Shown: positions 1-5,868 of the stretch, piece by piece | Layout: each line of letters opens with the position of its first letter | Position numbering within the stretch: the stretch's first letter is position 1 | Assembly: GCA_030649345.1 (NCBI GenBank) | Contig: JAUSKK010000039.1 | Span: forward strand, 1-14,478 | Length of the DNA stretch: 14,478 nt | From: Candidatus Iainarchaeum sp. | GTDB lineage: Archaea; Iainarchaeota; Iainarchaeia; Iainarchaeales; 0-14-0-20-34-12 | Reading direction: 5' to 3' | Program-made: the position numbers and the translations under genes | The notes under the pieces: generated by a model | What the model was told of the DNA's origin: nothing | Database searches by the model: none | The model's input: only the letters and a program-made list of their open reading frames with translations

Positions 1-2
1 TT

Positions 3-68
3 GAATTAAATAAGCAAGCCGATGACTCTTGTCCAGTGAACTGCATTCATGTTAAAAAAAAGCAATAA
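3..68 (+). CDS. 3' end of a 4Fe-4S ferredoxin-domain protein (partial, continues upstream of window)
   Basis: The frame is open from the window edge and reads ELNKQADDSCPVNCIHVKKKQ*. CPVNCI looks like the tail of a CxxCxxCxxxCP cluster motif. Only about 21 codons are visible. Confidence 0.35.
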   Translation, partial: ELNKQADDSCPVNCIHVKKKQ

Positions 69-174
69 TTGATTGAAAATAAATAATGACCAATTAAAAA
101 ATAATTGTCTAATTTTATTTTTATGATTTTCAAACAAAGCGTTTTGAAAGCTTTAAAAAGTTAGGAGATTTTTA

Positions 175-486
175 ATGATTTCCAAAGAACAAGTTATGGA
201 TGTACTGCGTACCATTAATGATCCTGAACTAAATTTAAATTTGGTTGAGTTGGGTTTAATTTATGGCGTGGAAGTTTCTGAACAAAATGAAATTATTGTA
301 AAATTGACCATGACGACTCCGTTTTGTCCATATGCTCCTCAAATTTTGAAAGAAACTGAAGACAAACTTAAAGCAATGCCGGAAGTCAAAGAAGTTAAAC
401 TAGAATTGCAATGGGATCCTCCTTGGGCTCCAGGAATGATGGATGAAGAAGCCAAAGCCAAAACAGGCTTTGATATGTACGAATAA
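175..486 (+). CDS. DUF59 / SufT-like (MIP18 family) Fe-S cluster assembly protein
   Basis: 103 aa. It carries NDPELNLNLVELGLIY and TTPFCPYAP, the characteristic DPE...dLGL and T.p.CP signatures of DUF59 proteins. AGGAG lies at 163-167, 7 nt upstream of the ATG. Confidence 0.85.
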   Translation: MISKEQVMDVLRTINDPELNLNLVELGLIYGVEVSEQNEIIVKLTMTTPFCPYAPQILKETEDKLKAMPEVKEVKLELQWDPPWAPGMMDEEAKAKTGFDMYE

Positions 487-555
487 TTTCATTAAATGGC
501 TTATTTTATTAAAAAAACAGTATAACTTTTTATAGTGAAATAATACTAATTCAAT

Positions 556-1986
556 ATGGCTATTGCAGAAAAACGTTTGAAAATCGGCAAACCTAAACAA
601 AGAACTAGAGAGCGAAGAATTCGCGAATACAAATACAGAACTATTTTATTGCCTGAAAAAGTAAAAACTGCATTTGAAATTGTTAATACTGTCGGCCAAA
701 ATCTTACTCGAAAGCAAGCAATTGATTATTTGACTGCTAATTTTTTAGCTTTTGCAGAAGGAACTAGACAACAAATGCGAGATAGATGGCGGGGTCTGCC
801 GAAATTTCGTGAATATGCTGAAAGAAAATTATTTATTGACAGTGATATTAACCAACTTCAAGCTTTGGCAGCTTCGACTGCAGGCAGACTTTTTGAACGC
901 GAACGCAAAGTTTTTTCTGACAAATATGTTTTGCCTCACTTAAAAGCATATTTGGCTGAACGAAAATTGCCCATAAGCCATTTGGCTGTAATTGATGCTT
1001 GGAATCAACTTGTTGGAGAAACCAAAGCACGCACTGCAACAGATCCTTTGAATATTCGCGAATTTGAACGAATATATGTTGAATCCTTAAAGTTTCAAAG
1101 AATTCATCCTTTGATGGTTAATACTTTTAATAATCAAATTATAAACAAGGCATTTGGAAGCAAACGTTTAACTGCAAACCAGCGTAAAGCTGTAAAACGT
1201 TGGATTCAATCTAATTTGCAGCGCTGGAAAAGTCAAATTGATGAGGTTGGCAAAAAATATTTTAAGTCTTTTCAGAAGCCTGAACGAAATATGCGTGACG
1301 TATTTTTGGATTTAAAACAGGTTGATGTTGTTCAAATGGATGCTGCGGAACAAGATTTTTCTGCAGTAAGTGAACGCATTGCCCAAGAAGTTCGAGCAAA
1401 ATTTTCAGTAGAATTTTTTAAACAACCTAGAAAAGTACTTAGCCCTTTACTGGCTGCTGGTAATGGGTCGTCAAAAAATGGAACGCGCAGTTTACGCCTG
1501 GCTGAATATGTTCCAGGTGAAAAATCAACCCGGGAAAGAGAACGAATAATTCAAGCAAAACAAGAACGCAGTGCATTGGTTGGAAGACCATTTGATAGAC
1601 TAAGATTTGCGTTTACTGAAATAGAAAAAGAAAATCATGGAGATTATTCTTTTTTAAAAAAATTATTTTCAGAAAAAAAAGTAAATGAAGATGCGATTGT
1701 TCGATTGTATGCCAGTGGTTCGCTTACTCGCCGAATTTTTAGAACCGCTGTTGAAGATGTGAAATTTTTGGATCATTTTTCTGCAAAAGAATTAACTGTT
1801 TTAGCTAAAGGATTATCGTACATTGGATCCAAAGGCCGGGTTATTCAAAGTGCAAGGCGTGCATTTCAATCAGCTCAAGGAAAAGAAATTTTTGCATTTT
1901 TAGAAAGAACAGGATTGCTGGAAACCCATCACGGCGGTGGAACTGTTGTTTATCTTCGAAGACCACAATCTGAGGCAAGAACTTAA
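556..1986 (+). CDS. Hypothetical basic protein, 476 aa, possible C-terminal winged-helix
   Basis: Long uninterrupted ORF with a Lys/Arg-rich N-terminus (KPKQRTRERRIREYKYR). The C-terminal EIFAFLERTGLLETHHGGGTVVYLRR resembles a wHTH recognition helix plus wing. No enzyme motif was recognised. A TATA-like CTTTTTATAG lies about 20-30 nt upstream of the ATG. Confidence 0.7.
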   Translation: MAIAEKRLKIGKPKQRTRERRIREYKYRTILLPEKVKTAFEIVNTVGQNLTRKQAIDYLTANFLAFAEGTRQQMRDRWRGLPKFREYAERKLFIDSDINQLQALAASTAGRLFERERKVFSDKYVLPHLKAYLAERKLPISHLAVIDAWNQLVGETKARTATDPLNIREFERIYVESLKFQRIHPLMVNTFNNQIINKAFGSKRLTANQRKAVKRWIQSNLQRWKSQIDEVGKKYFKSFQKPERNMRDVFLDLKQVDVVQMDAAEQDFSAVSERIAQEVRAKFSVEFFKQPRKVLSPLLAAGNGSSKNGTRSLRLAEYVPGEKSTRERERIIQAKQERSALVGRPFDRLRFAFTEIEKENHGDYSFLKKLFSEKKVNEDAIVRLYASGSLTRRIFRTAVEDVKFLDHFSAKELTVLAKGLSYIGSKGRVIQSARRAFQSAQGKEIFAFLERTGLLETHHGGGTVVYLRRPQSEART

Positions 1987-2630
1987 TTATTTTTTGAAAC
2001 TATTTTTTTGTATTCTAAATAAGAATAAATTATTAAAACTAAAGCTGTTCCAAGAATGGAAATTAAAATGATCCAAATTGAGTATATTGGAATTAAGATA
2101 CTGAGAATGGAAAGCAAGCCTGTTAATTTGAATCCTTTTCCAGCTAATTTATGGGTTTGATTCCATACTTGTTCATTGCTTAAAGTCCAAGGAGTACGTA
2201 TTCCAATAAACCAGTTTTGTTTAGAATGCTGACATAAAATTCCGACATAATAAAACAATACTCCTAACCCTATTGGCATAATGAGTGAAATACTAATAGG
2301 AGTTCCTAAATTCCAAGCTAAAACAAATGCATGAATTCCTGCAAAAAATAACAAAAAAATGATAATAAAATTATGATAATAGTTTTCAAATTCTTGAATA
2401 TTTTCTTTTTTAGGATCCAATTTAGGCAAGTAAATCAAGATCAATCCAATAATCAATATTAGGACTGGGATCAAAAAAATTCCGATCTTAGGCAGATAAC
2501 CATTGACTGTTCCTTCGGCATTCCAGTGACTGGCAATTTGTTCAGGTAAAGATTCTAGAAAATAAAACGTAACTCCAAATGCAATAATTGAAAGAATCAA
2601 AACAATGAATACAATATTTTTGATTTTCAT
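1983..2630 (-). CDS. SdpI/YhfL-family membrane protein with DUF1648 N-terminal domain
   Basis: 215 aa and multi-TM. PEQIASHWNAEGTVNGYLPK is DUF1648-like. IGIRTPWTLSNEQVWNQTHKLAGK is typical of the SdpI family. Its stop overlaps the convergent stop of the 476-aa gene (TTAA). Confidence 0.75.
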   Translation of the reverse strand: MKIKNIVFIVLILSIIAFGVTFYFLESLPEQIASHWNAEGTVNGYLPKIGIFLIPVLILIIGLILIYLPKLDPKKENIQEFENYYHNFIIIFLLFFAGIHAFVLAWNLGTPISISLIMPIGLGVLFYYVGILCQHSKQNWFIGIRTPWTLSNEQVWNQTHKLAGKGFKLTGLLSILSILIPIYSIWIILISILGTALVLIIYSYLEYKKIVSKNN

Positions 2631-2638
2631 AGAATCAC

Positions 2639-3100
2639 TTATCTTCGTTTTCTTAAATTACTGGCCAGCATAGAATAACCTGATTCTTCTAAATAGTCTG
2701 CAATTCGGTCATTGGGCCAATCGTGTTCTTTTAATTTTTCAACAATAAAATCCATAGGAATTTTAATGGTGCGCAATTGTTTGGCTGAAACTCCTGCTTG
2801 AGCTAATTCAGGCAAAGTTAAAGGTGCTTGATTTTTCAAAATTTCAGTTTTTGCAAGTTCAGGGTTTCTAAAAAAAGCCGGCAAAGGTTTTTCAGGTCTG
2901 CGTAGTTCGCTTATTCCTTTCAATTTTTCTAATTGAGTTCGCGCTTCTCTAACCAAGCCTAAATTTATGCCTTCTTTTGTTTTCAATCGTTCTAATAATC
3001 TTCGTTTGCCTGCAATTGATTTCATTCGCACCAATCGAATTTTCAAGCGAACCGGCATAGTGATTGCTAGTGGTTTTTTTCGAATGGGTGGTTTTTCCAT
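2639..3100 (-). CDS. Hypothetical basic protein, 153 aa
   Basis: ORF with a basic N-terminus (EKPPIRKKPL...) and a basic C-terminus (RKRR). It ends 8 nt before the SdpI-like start, so co-transcription is plausible. Confidence 0.6.
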   Translation of the reverse strand: MEKPPIRKKPLAITMPVRLKIRLVRMKSIAGKRRLLERLKTKEGINLGLVREARTQLEKLKGISELRRPEKPLPAFFRNPELAKTEILKNQAPLTLPELAQAGVSAKQLRTIKIPMDFIVEKLKEHDWPNDRIADYLEESGYSMLASNLRKRR

Positions 3101-3179
3101 ATAATTAGTTAGTATTGTTTAAAATAAAAGCTTACGTTTCAAATGAGCAATGCGTTATACAAAACAATGTTCTGTTGTG

Positions 3180-3803
3180 CTAATCATCTGCATTACTCGT
3201 TTCTAGAATGGTTTTTACGCGTTTTCGATTTAAATTCAGCTTATAACTCATTCCTTGTTCTTGGGTTGGTTTGTGTTCAAAAAATCGGTCTCTTAACGCA
3301 TTGGATGTAAATTGCGCTGGGTGATCGGTCCAAAAATATCTCAAAAAAACAGGACAACCTTTGCGTATTCGTTCTTTATTTTGTCGCAAAAACTCAGTTA
3401 ACAAAAATTCACCTGGGTGAATTCCATTTAATTCTTTTTGAAATTGTTTGCTTTCTTGGGTTTCTTTTTTGGAACTCCAAATATTCCATTTAAACACGCG
3501 AGTATATTGCGTTCTAGTTCTTTGAACTGCATGAATAATCAAAGCACTGCCAGTATCTTTGTATTCTAAAACAAATCTCGGCCTTTGTGCTGAATCTCTT
3601 AAAACTAAAACAGTGTAATGTGTGAGCATGGGAATAATGCCGTTAATTACTTTAGGTTTTATGTCTGCATATGCCCATCCTTGTTTTGTTTCAAACGAAA
3701 AAACAGAATCTTTTGGACTTGCTTGAACTGGTTTTTTTGTTGCTGGTCTAGGTCTCCGAAGTTTAGGCACAGCTCGTTTAATTCTGTTTAAAAAAGGACG
3801 CAT
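3180..3803 (-). CDS. Hypothetical protein, about 207 aa (start trimmed from ORF-track 3971 to the ATG at 3803)
   Basis: The ORF track begins at 3971, but 3833-3971 is tRNA-derived repeat and pseudogene sequence that recurs non-codingly at 4050-4118. The first ATG outside the repeat is 3803 (MRPFLNRIKRAVPKLRRPRP...), preceded by a T-rich TATA-like stretch. The ATG at 3863 lies inside the repeat and cannot be excluded. Confidence 0.55.
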   Translation of the reverse strand: MRPFLNRIKRAVPKLRRPRPATKKPVQASPKDSVFSFETKQGWAYADIKPKVINGIIPMLTHYTVLVLRDSAQRPRFVLEYKDTGSALIIHAVQRTRTQYTRVFKWNIWSSKKETQESKQFQKELNGIHPGEFLLTEFLRQNKERIRKGCPVFLRYFWTDHPAQFTSNALRDRFFEHKPTQEQGMSYKLNLNRKRVKTILETSNADD

Positions 3804-3832
3804 ATCAAATAATTGTTTTTGGAATAAAAAAA

Positions 3833-3845
3833 GGTTTGCATGGAG
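3833..3845. repeat. Third, 13-nt copy of the tRNA-Leu 3'-end motif GGTTTGCATGGAG
   Basis: The same 13-mer occurs at 3833-3845, 3900-3912 and 4104-4116. This copy abuts the start of the 69-bp repeat copy A. Confidence 0.7.
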
Positions 3846-3914
3846 TTTTTCTCTTTTGACCATAAACGAATTTTCTCTTTTTTCTAAAAAGAGAAAAGGG
3901 GTTTGCATGGAGAA
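3846..3914. repeat. 69-bp direct repeat, copy A (tRNA-Leu 3' end + trailer)
   Basis: Compared base by base with 4050-4118: identical at all 69 positions, with an offset of 204 bp. Confidence 0.95.
3871..3897 (-). terminator. 12-bp hairpin with T-runs inside repeat copy A
   Basis: TTTTCTCTTTTT / AAAAAGAGAAAA are perfect complements with a 3-nt loop. On the minus strand an oligo-T tract directly follows the pseudo tRNA 3' end. Confidence 0.45.
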
Positions 3915-3953
3915 TGTTTCAAACCTCAGAACCAAGGTTCCGAGACCTCCTTT
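3904..3953 (-). pseudogene. Degenerate tRNA-Leu-like 3' half (anticodon-stem 3' strand, long arm, decayed T-arm, intact acceptor 3' strand)
   Basis: The minus strand reads AAAGGAGG-TCTCG-GAACCTTGGTTC-TGAGG-TTTGAAA-CATTC-TCCATGC-A. TCTCG and TCCATGC-A are identical to the real tRNA-Leu. The T-stem can form only about 3 of 5 pairs and the T-loop has lost C56. No matching 5' acceptor strand (G[CT][AG]TGG[AG]) lies upstream. Confidence 0.55.
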
Positions 3954-3956
3954 AGT

Positions 3957-4040
3957 GCGATTGTATTGCAATCGCTAGTGTCGTAACAACGCGATTAAAA
4001 CCATTGGTTTTAATGCGCATTAAAATCTGCTGATTTTAAT
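3957..4040 (-). other. Cluster of three perfect hairpins/palindromes between the two 69-bp repeats
   Basis: GCGATTG-5 nt-CAATCGC lies at 3957-3975. ATTAAAACC-3 nt-GGTTTTAAT lies at 3994-4014. ATTAAAATC-4 nt-GATTTTAAT lies at 4019-4040. The last two are tandem, related in sequence and separated by GCGC. Confidence 0.5.
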
Positions 4041-4049
4041 TGCGGCACC

Positions 4050-4118
4050 TTTTTCTCTTTTGACCATAAACGAATTTTCTCTTTTTTCTAAAAAGAGAAA
4101 AGGGGTTTGCATGGAGAA
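4050..4118. repeat. 69-bp direct repeat, copy B (last 11 nt of functional tRNA-Leu + 58-nt trailer)
   Basis: Identical to 3846-3914. Positions 4108-4118 belong to the tRNA-Leu 3' end. Confidence 0.95.
4075..4101 (-). terminator. 12-bp hairpin / oligo-T tract just downstream of tRNA-Leu
   Basis: Same hairpin as 3871-3897. On the minus strand the tRNA 3' end is followed by AAACCCC and then TTTTCTCTTTTT, an archaeal-style oligo-T terminator context. Confidence 0.5.
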
Positions 4119-4286
4119 GGATTCGAACCTTCGAAGACACTAAGTCGCGAGATAACTCCTTCAATTAATTGAATAACCTCTTTCAATGCTGTGTTTCGAA
4201 CAAAGTGAGAAACACGAAAGGGAGGTATCGGAACCGCTAGGTTCTGATCTTGAGTCTCGTGCGTTTGGCCGCTTCGCTATCCATGC
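4108..4286 (-). tRNA. tRNA-Leu(CAA), class II, with an intron of about 95 nt (approx. 4154-4248) in the anticodon loop; no encoded CCA
   Basis: Read by hand on the minus strand: GCATGGA-TA-GCGAAGCGGCCAAACGC-A-CGAGA-CTCAAG[intron]A-TCTCG-CGACTTAGTGTCTTC-GAAGG-TTCGAAT-CCTTC-TCCATGC-A. The 7-bp acceptor is perfect, the T-loop is canonical, there is a long variable arm, and the discriminator is A73. ATC occurs at both junctions, so the exact splice site is ambiguous by 3 nt. Confidence 0.85.
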
Positions 4287-4314
4287 ATCACCTGATATCG
4301 CCGGTGGGACGATA

Positions 4315-4342
4315 GACTATCTTCGGCTATGCCTCGATAGTC
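4315..4342 (-). other. Hairpin in the putative 5' leader of tRNA-Leu
   Basis: GACTATC / GATAGTC form a 7-bp stem enclosing GGC-ATA-GCC. It sits between the A/T-rich TATA-like block (4351-4375) and the tRNA 5' end (4286). Confidence 0.35.
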
Positions 4343-4350
4343 TTGTATTT

Positions 4351-4375
4351 TACTATAATATAGTAATATAATTAA
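4351..4375 (-). promoter_or_regulatory. TATA-like A/T block upstream of the tRNA-Leu locus
   Basis: The minus strand reads TTAATTATATTACTATATTATAGTA, the only TATA-like sequence upstream of the tRNA. It is 65-90 nt from the mature 5' end, which implies a transcribed leader. Confidence 0.3.
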
Positions 4376-4391
4376 GTTTTAAAAATCAAGC

Positions 4392-5366
4392 TTAAACTGA
4401 TTGAATTCCTTTAGCTCGAATTTCAGCCATGGCTTGAGCTCCAGTGATTCCTAAAAGCTTTTCAGCTACATCGCGTGCTGCAATAGCCATCATATTGTCG
4501 GATAAAAACTTGAATCCTTGTAATACTAAAGTACGTGCAGGCGGTAAATATCTTGCAGCCGATGCTTGCATGCAAATTGCCATCAGAATTGGGTCTGCGC
4601 TAACTTGAGCAATTTCTGGACCGTGTCCTTTTTCTGTAATTTCTTTTTCATAGCGTGCAATATCTTTTTTGACTTCTTTGACTCCGTCTACAAATAGTTT
4701 GCGGGCAAATTGTTCAAATTTTCCTGAAGCAATTTCTCGAACCAATTCTGCTTTGCGTTTCGGTTCCAGTACAGTGCTTTTTTCAAGTCCGTCTAATAGT
4801 TCTACGTATGTTTCAGCTCGATGCAGTGCTTCTTTTTCTGGAATTCTAGCTTCCACCAATTGAGTGCCTGTTTTAATATCGCCAATAAAACCCATGTGGG
4901 CACATATTTGTTTAATTATTTTAATTCGATTATCTTCGCTAATTTTTTTTCCTTCAGTTCGTAAATAATTCAATTTTGCTTTAGCATCCTGAATTCGTTT
5001 ACTGATCTCTGTACGTCGTTGACTTTCATCTGCAATAAATCTAGCAGGTGCTGCTGCCATAAATGTTGTAATTGGCCCTTGTTGTCTTTCTCCTATGCGT
5101 ACTACTGGAATATTGGCAGTTTTTCCTGCAATGCGTACTTTGGGTTGCGTAGTTCCAGCTGTGTGATTGGCTACTTGGACTGCAACTTGTTCCATAGCAC
5201 GGGTAACTGCTGGCATGGTTCGTGTAGGAATTGCTTTAGAAATAATGCCAGGTCCTGCTCTTGGATTGAATCCAAGTCTTCTTTTTAATTCCGGCCGTAA
5301 ACGAATTGGTCTACGCGCATTTTGAACACTTGGTTTTCGTGCAAAAAGTTTTCGGGCAATTTTCAT
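4392..5366 (-). CDS. Hypothetical protein, 324 aa (basic N-terminus, long helical middle, HhH-like C-terminus)
   Basis: Clean ORF. The N-terminus reads KLFARKPSVQNARRPIRLRPELKRR. The C-terminal LLGITGAQAMAEIRAKGI resembles a helix-hairpin-helix of the uS13 type. Its start is 2 nt after the stop of the upstream 126-aa gene. Confidence 0.75.
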   Translation of the reverse strand: MKIARKLFARKPSVQNARRPIRLRPELKRRLGFNPRAGPGIISKAIPTRTMPAVTRAMEQVAVQVANHTAGTTQPKVRIAGKTANIPVVRIGERQQGPITTFMAAAPARFIADESQRRTEISKRIQDAKAKLNYLRTEGKKISEDNRIKIIKQICAHMGFIGDIKTGTQLVEARIPEKEALHRAETYVELLDGLEKSTVLEPKRKAELVREIASGKFEQFARKLFVDGVKEVKKDIARYEKEITEKGHGPEIAQVSADPILMAICMQASAARYLPPARTLVLQGFKFLSDNMMAIAARDVAEKLLGITGAQAMAEIRAKGIQSV

Positions 5367-5368
5367 GT

Positions 5369-5749
5369 TTATTTCTCCTGTTGTTTGAATTCTAAAATAT
5401 CTCCAATTTCAATGCGTGCACTAAATTTATCTAATAAAATACTTCCTTCTTGATTGCTTAATAATTGTTCAACTTTTTTATATGCTAAACTAACTTCAGT
5501 AATTATAATTTCTTTTTCATTTACGCTTGTTTTCATTCCAGGTCTTAGTTGTCCGGATAAAACTTTTCCTAAAATTAAAGTAGTTCCTTTGGGTGCAAAA
5601 ATTCCGTTGACTTTAAATTTTCCCAAACCTTGTTTGACGCTAATGCGAACTTTGTCTTCTGCTTGCTGTTCTCGTTCTTTGACATGTTCTGGAATGATCA
5701 CTTGCGTTTGTTTTGATTTTTGTTTAAACAAATTCTGCAAAAAACCCAT
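5369..5749 (-). CDS. Small standalone EF-Tu domain-2-like (translation-protein beta-barrel) protein, 126 aa
   Basis: GTTLILGKVLSGQLRPGMKTSV...IIITEVSLAYKKVEQLLSNQEGSILL...IEIGDILEF follows the G.V.SG.l..G...v...I..i....v....G...l.L....i..GD.L pattern of GTP_EFTU_D2. No GTPase domain is present. Confidence 0.6.
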   Translation of the reverse strand: MGFLQNLFKQKSKQTQVIIPEHVKEREQQAEDKVRISVKQGLGKFKVNGIFAPKGTTLILGKVLSGQLRPGMKTSVNEKEIIITEVSLAYKKVEQLLSNQEGSILLDKFSARIEIGDILEFKQQEK

Positions 5750-5868
5750 ACTAATATAGTGCCCAAGACTTTACTTAAACTTTCCTTAATAACTCAATTT
5801 TATGCTTGAACTAATCCATTTAAATAGTTAAATGAACACACTTTCATATCAAATGAATTTTATTTCAT

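Noticed and set aside
400-1039. Short ORFs 400..600 (-), 752..943 (+) and 848..1039 (-)
   Set aside because: They overlap the well-supported DUF59 and 476-aa genes in other frames or strands, with implausible composition.
3804-3971. N-terminal 56 codons of ORF-track entry 3180..3971 (MQYNRTKGGLGTLVLRFETFSMQTPFLFLEKRENSF...)
   Set aside because: This stretch is the reverse translation of the pseudo tRNA 3' half and the 69-bp repeat. The repeat recurs at 4050-4118, where it cannot be coding. The gene start was therefore moved to the ATG at 3803.
3994-4040. Mini CRISPR-like array (two related palindromic about 22-nt repeats)
   Set aside because: The repeats are only 4 nt apart with no spacers, there are only two copies, and there are no cas genes. 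It is not a CRISPR array.
3904-4049. A second complete tRNA gene, or a split-tRNA 3' half, between the 69-bp repeats
   Set aside because: No 5' acceptor strand able to pair with TCCATGC exists in the segment. The T-stem pairs at only about 3 of 5 positions and the T-loop lacks C56. It was called a pseudogene/relic, and the alternative-cassette idea is kept only as a low-probability hypothesis.
4154-4345. Box C/D sRNA embedded in the tRNA-Leu intron or leader (as in the Haloferax tRNA-Trp intron, or the Nanoarchaeum tRNA-sRNA dicistrons)
   Set aside because: There is no RUGAUGA C box and no CUGA D box on the sense strand of the intron. The leader has only a GUGAUGC-like string overlapping the tRNA 5' end and no D box.
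4186-4371. 61-aa plus-strand ORF
   Set aside because: It lies antisense across tRNA-Leu(CAA) and its leader, and its openness is explained by the GC-rich RNA gene.
4669-5759. Plus-strand ORFs 4669..4863, 5019..5288 and 5454..5759
   Set aside because: They are antisense shadows of the 324-aa and 126-aa genes. They are Cys/Ser/Phe-rich and have no start context.
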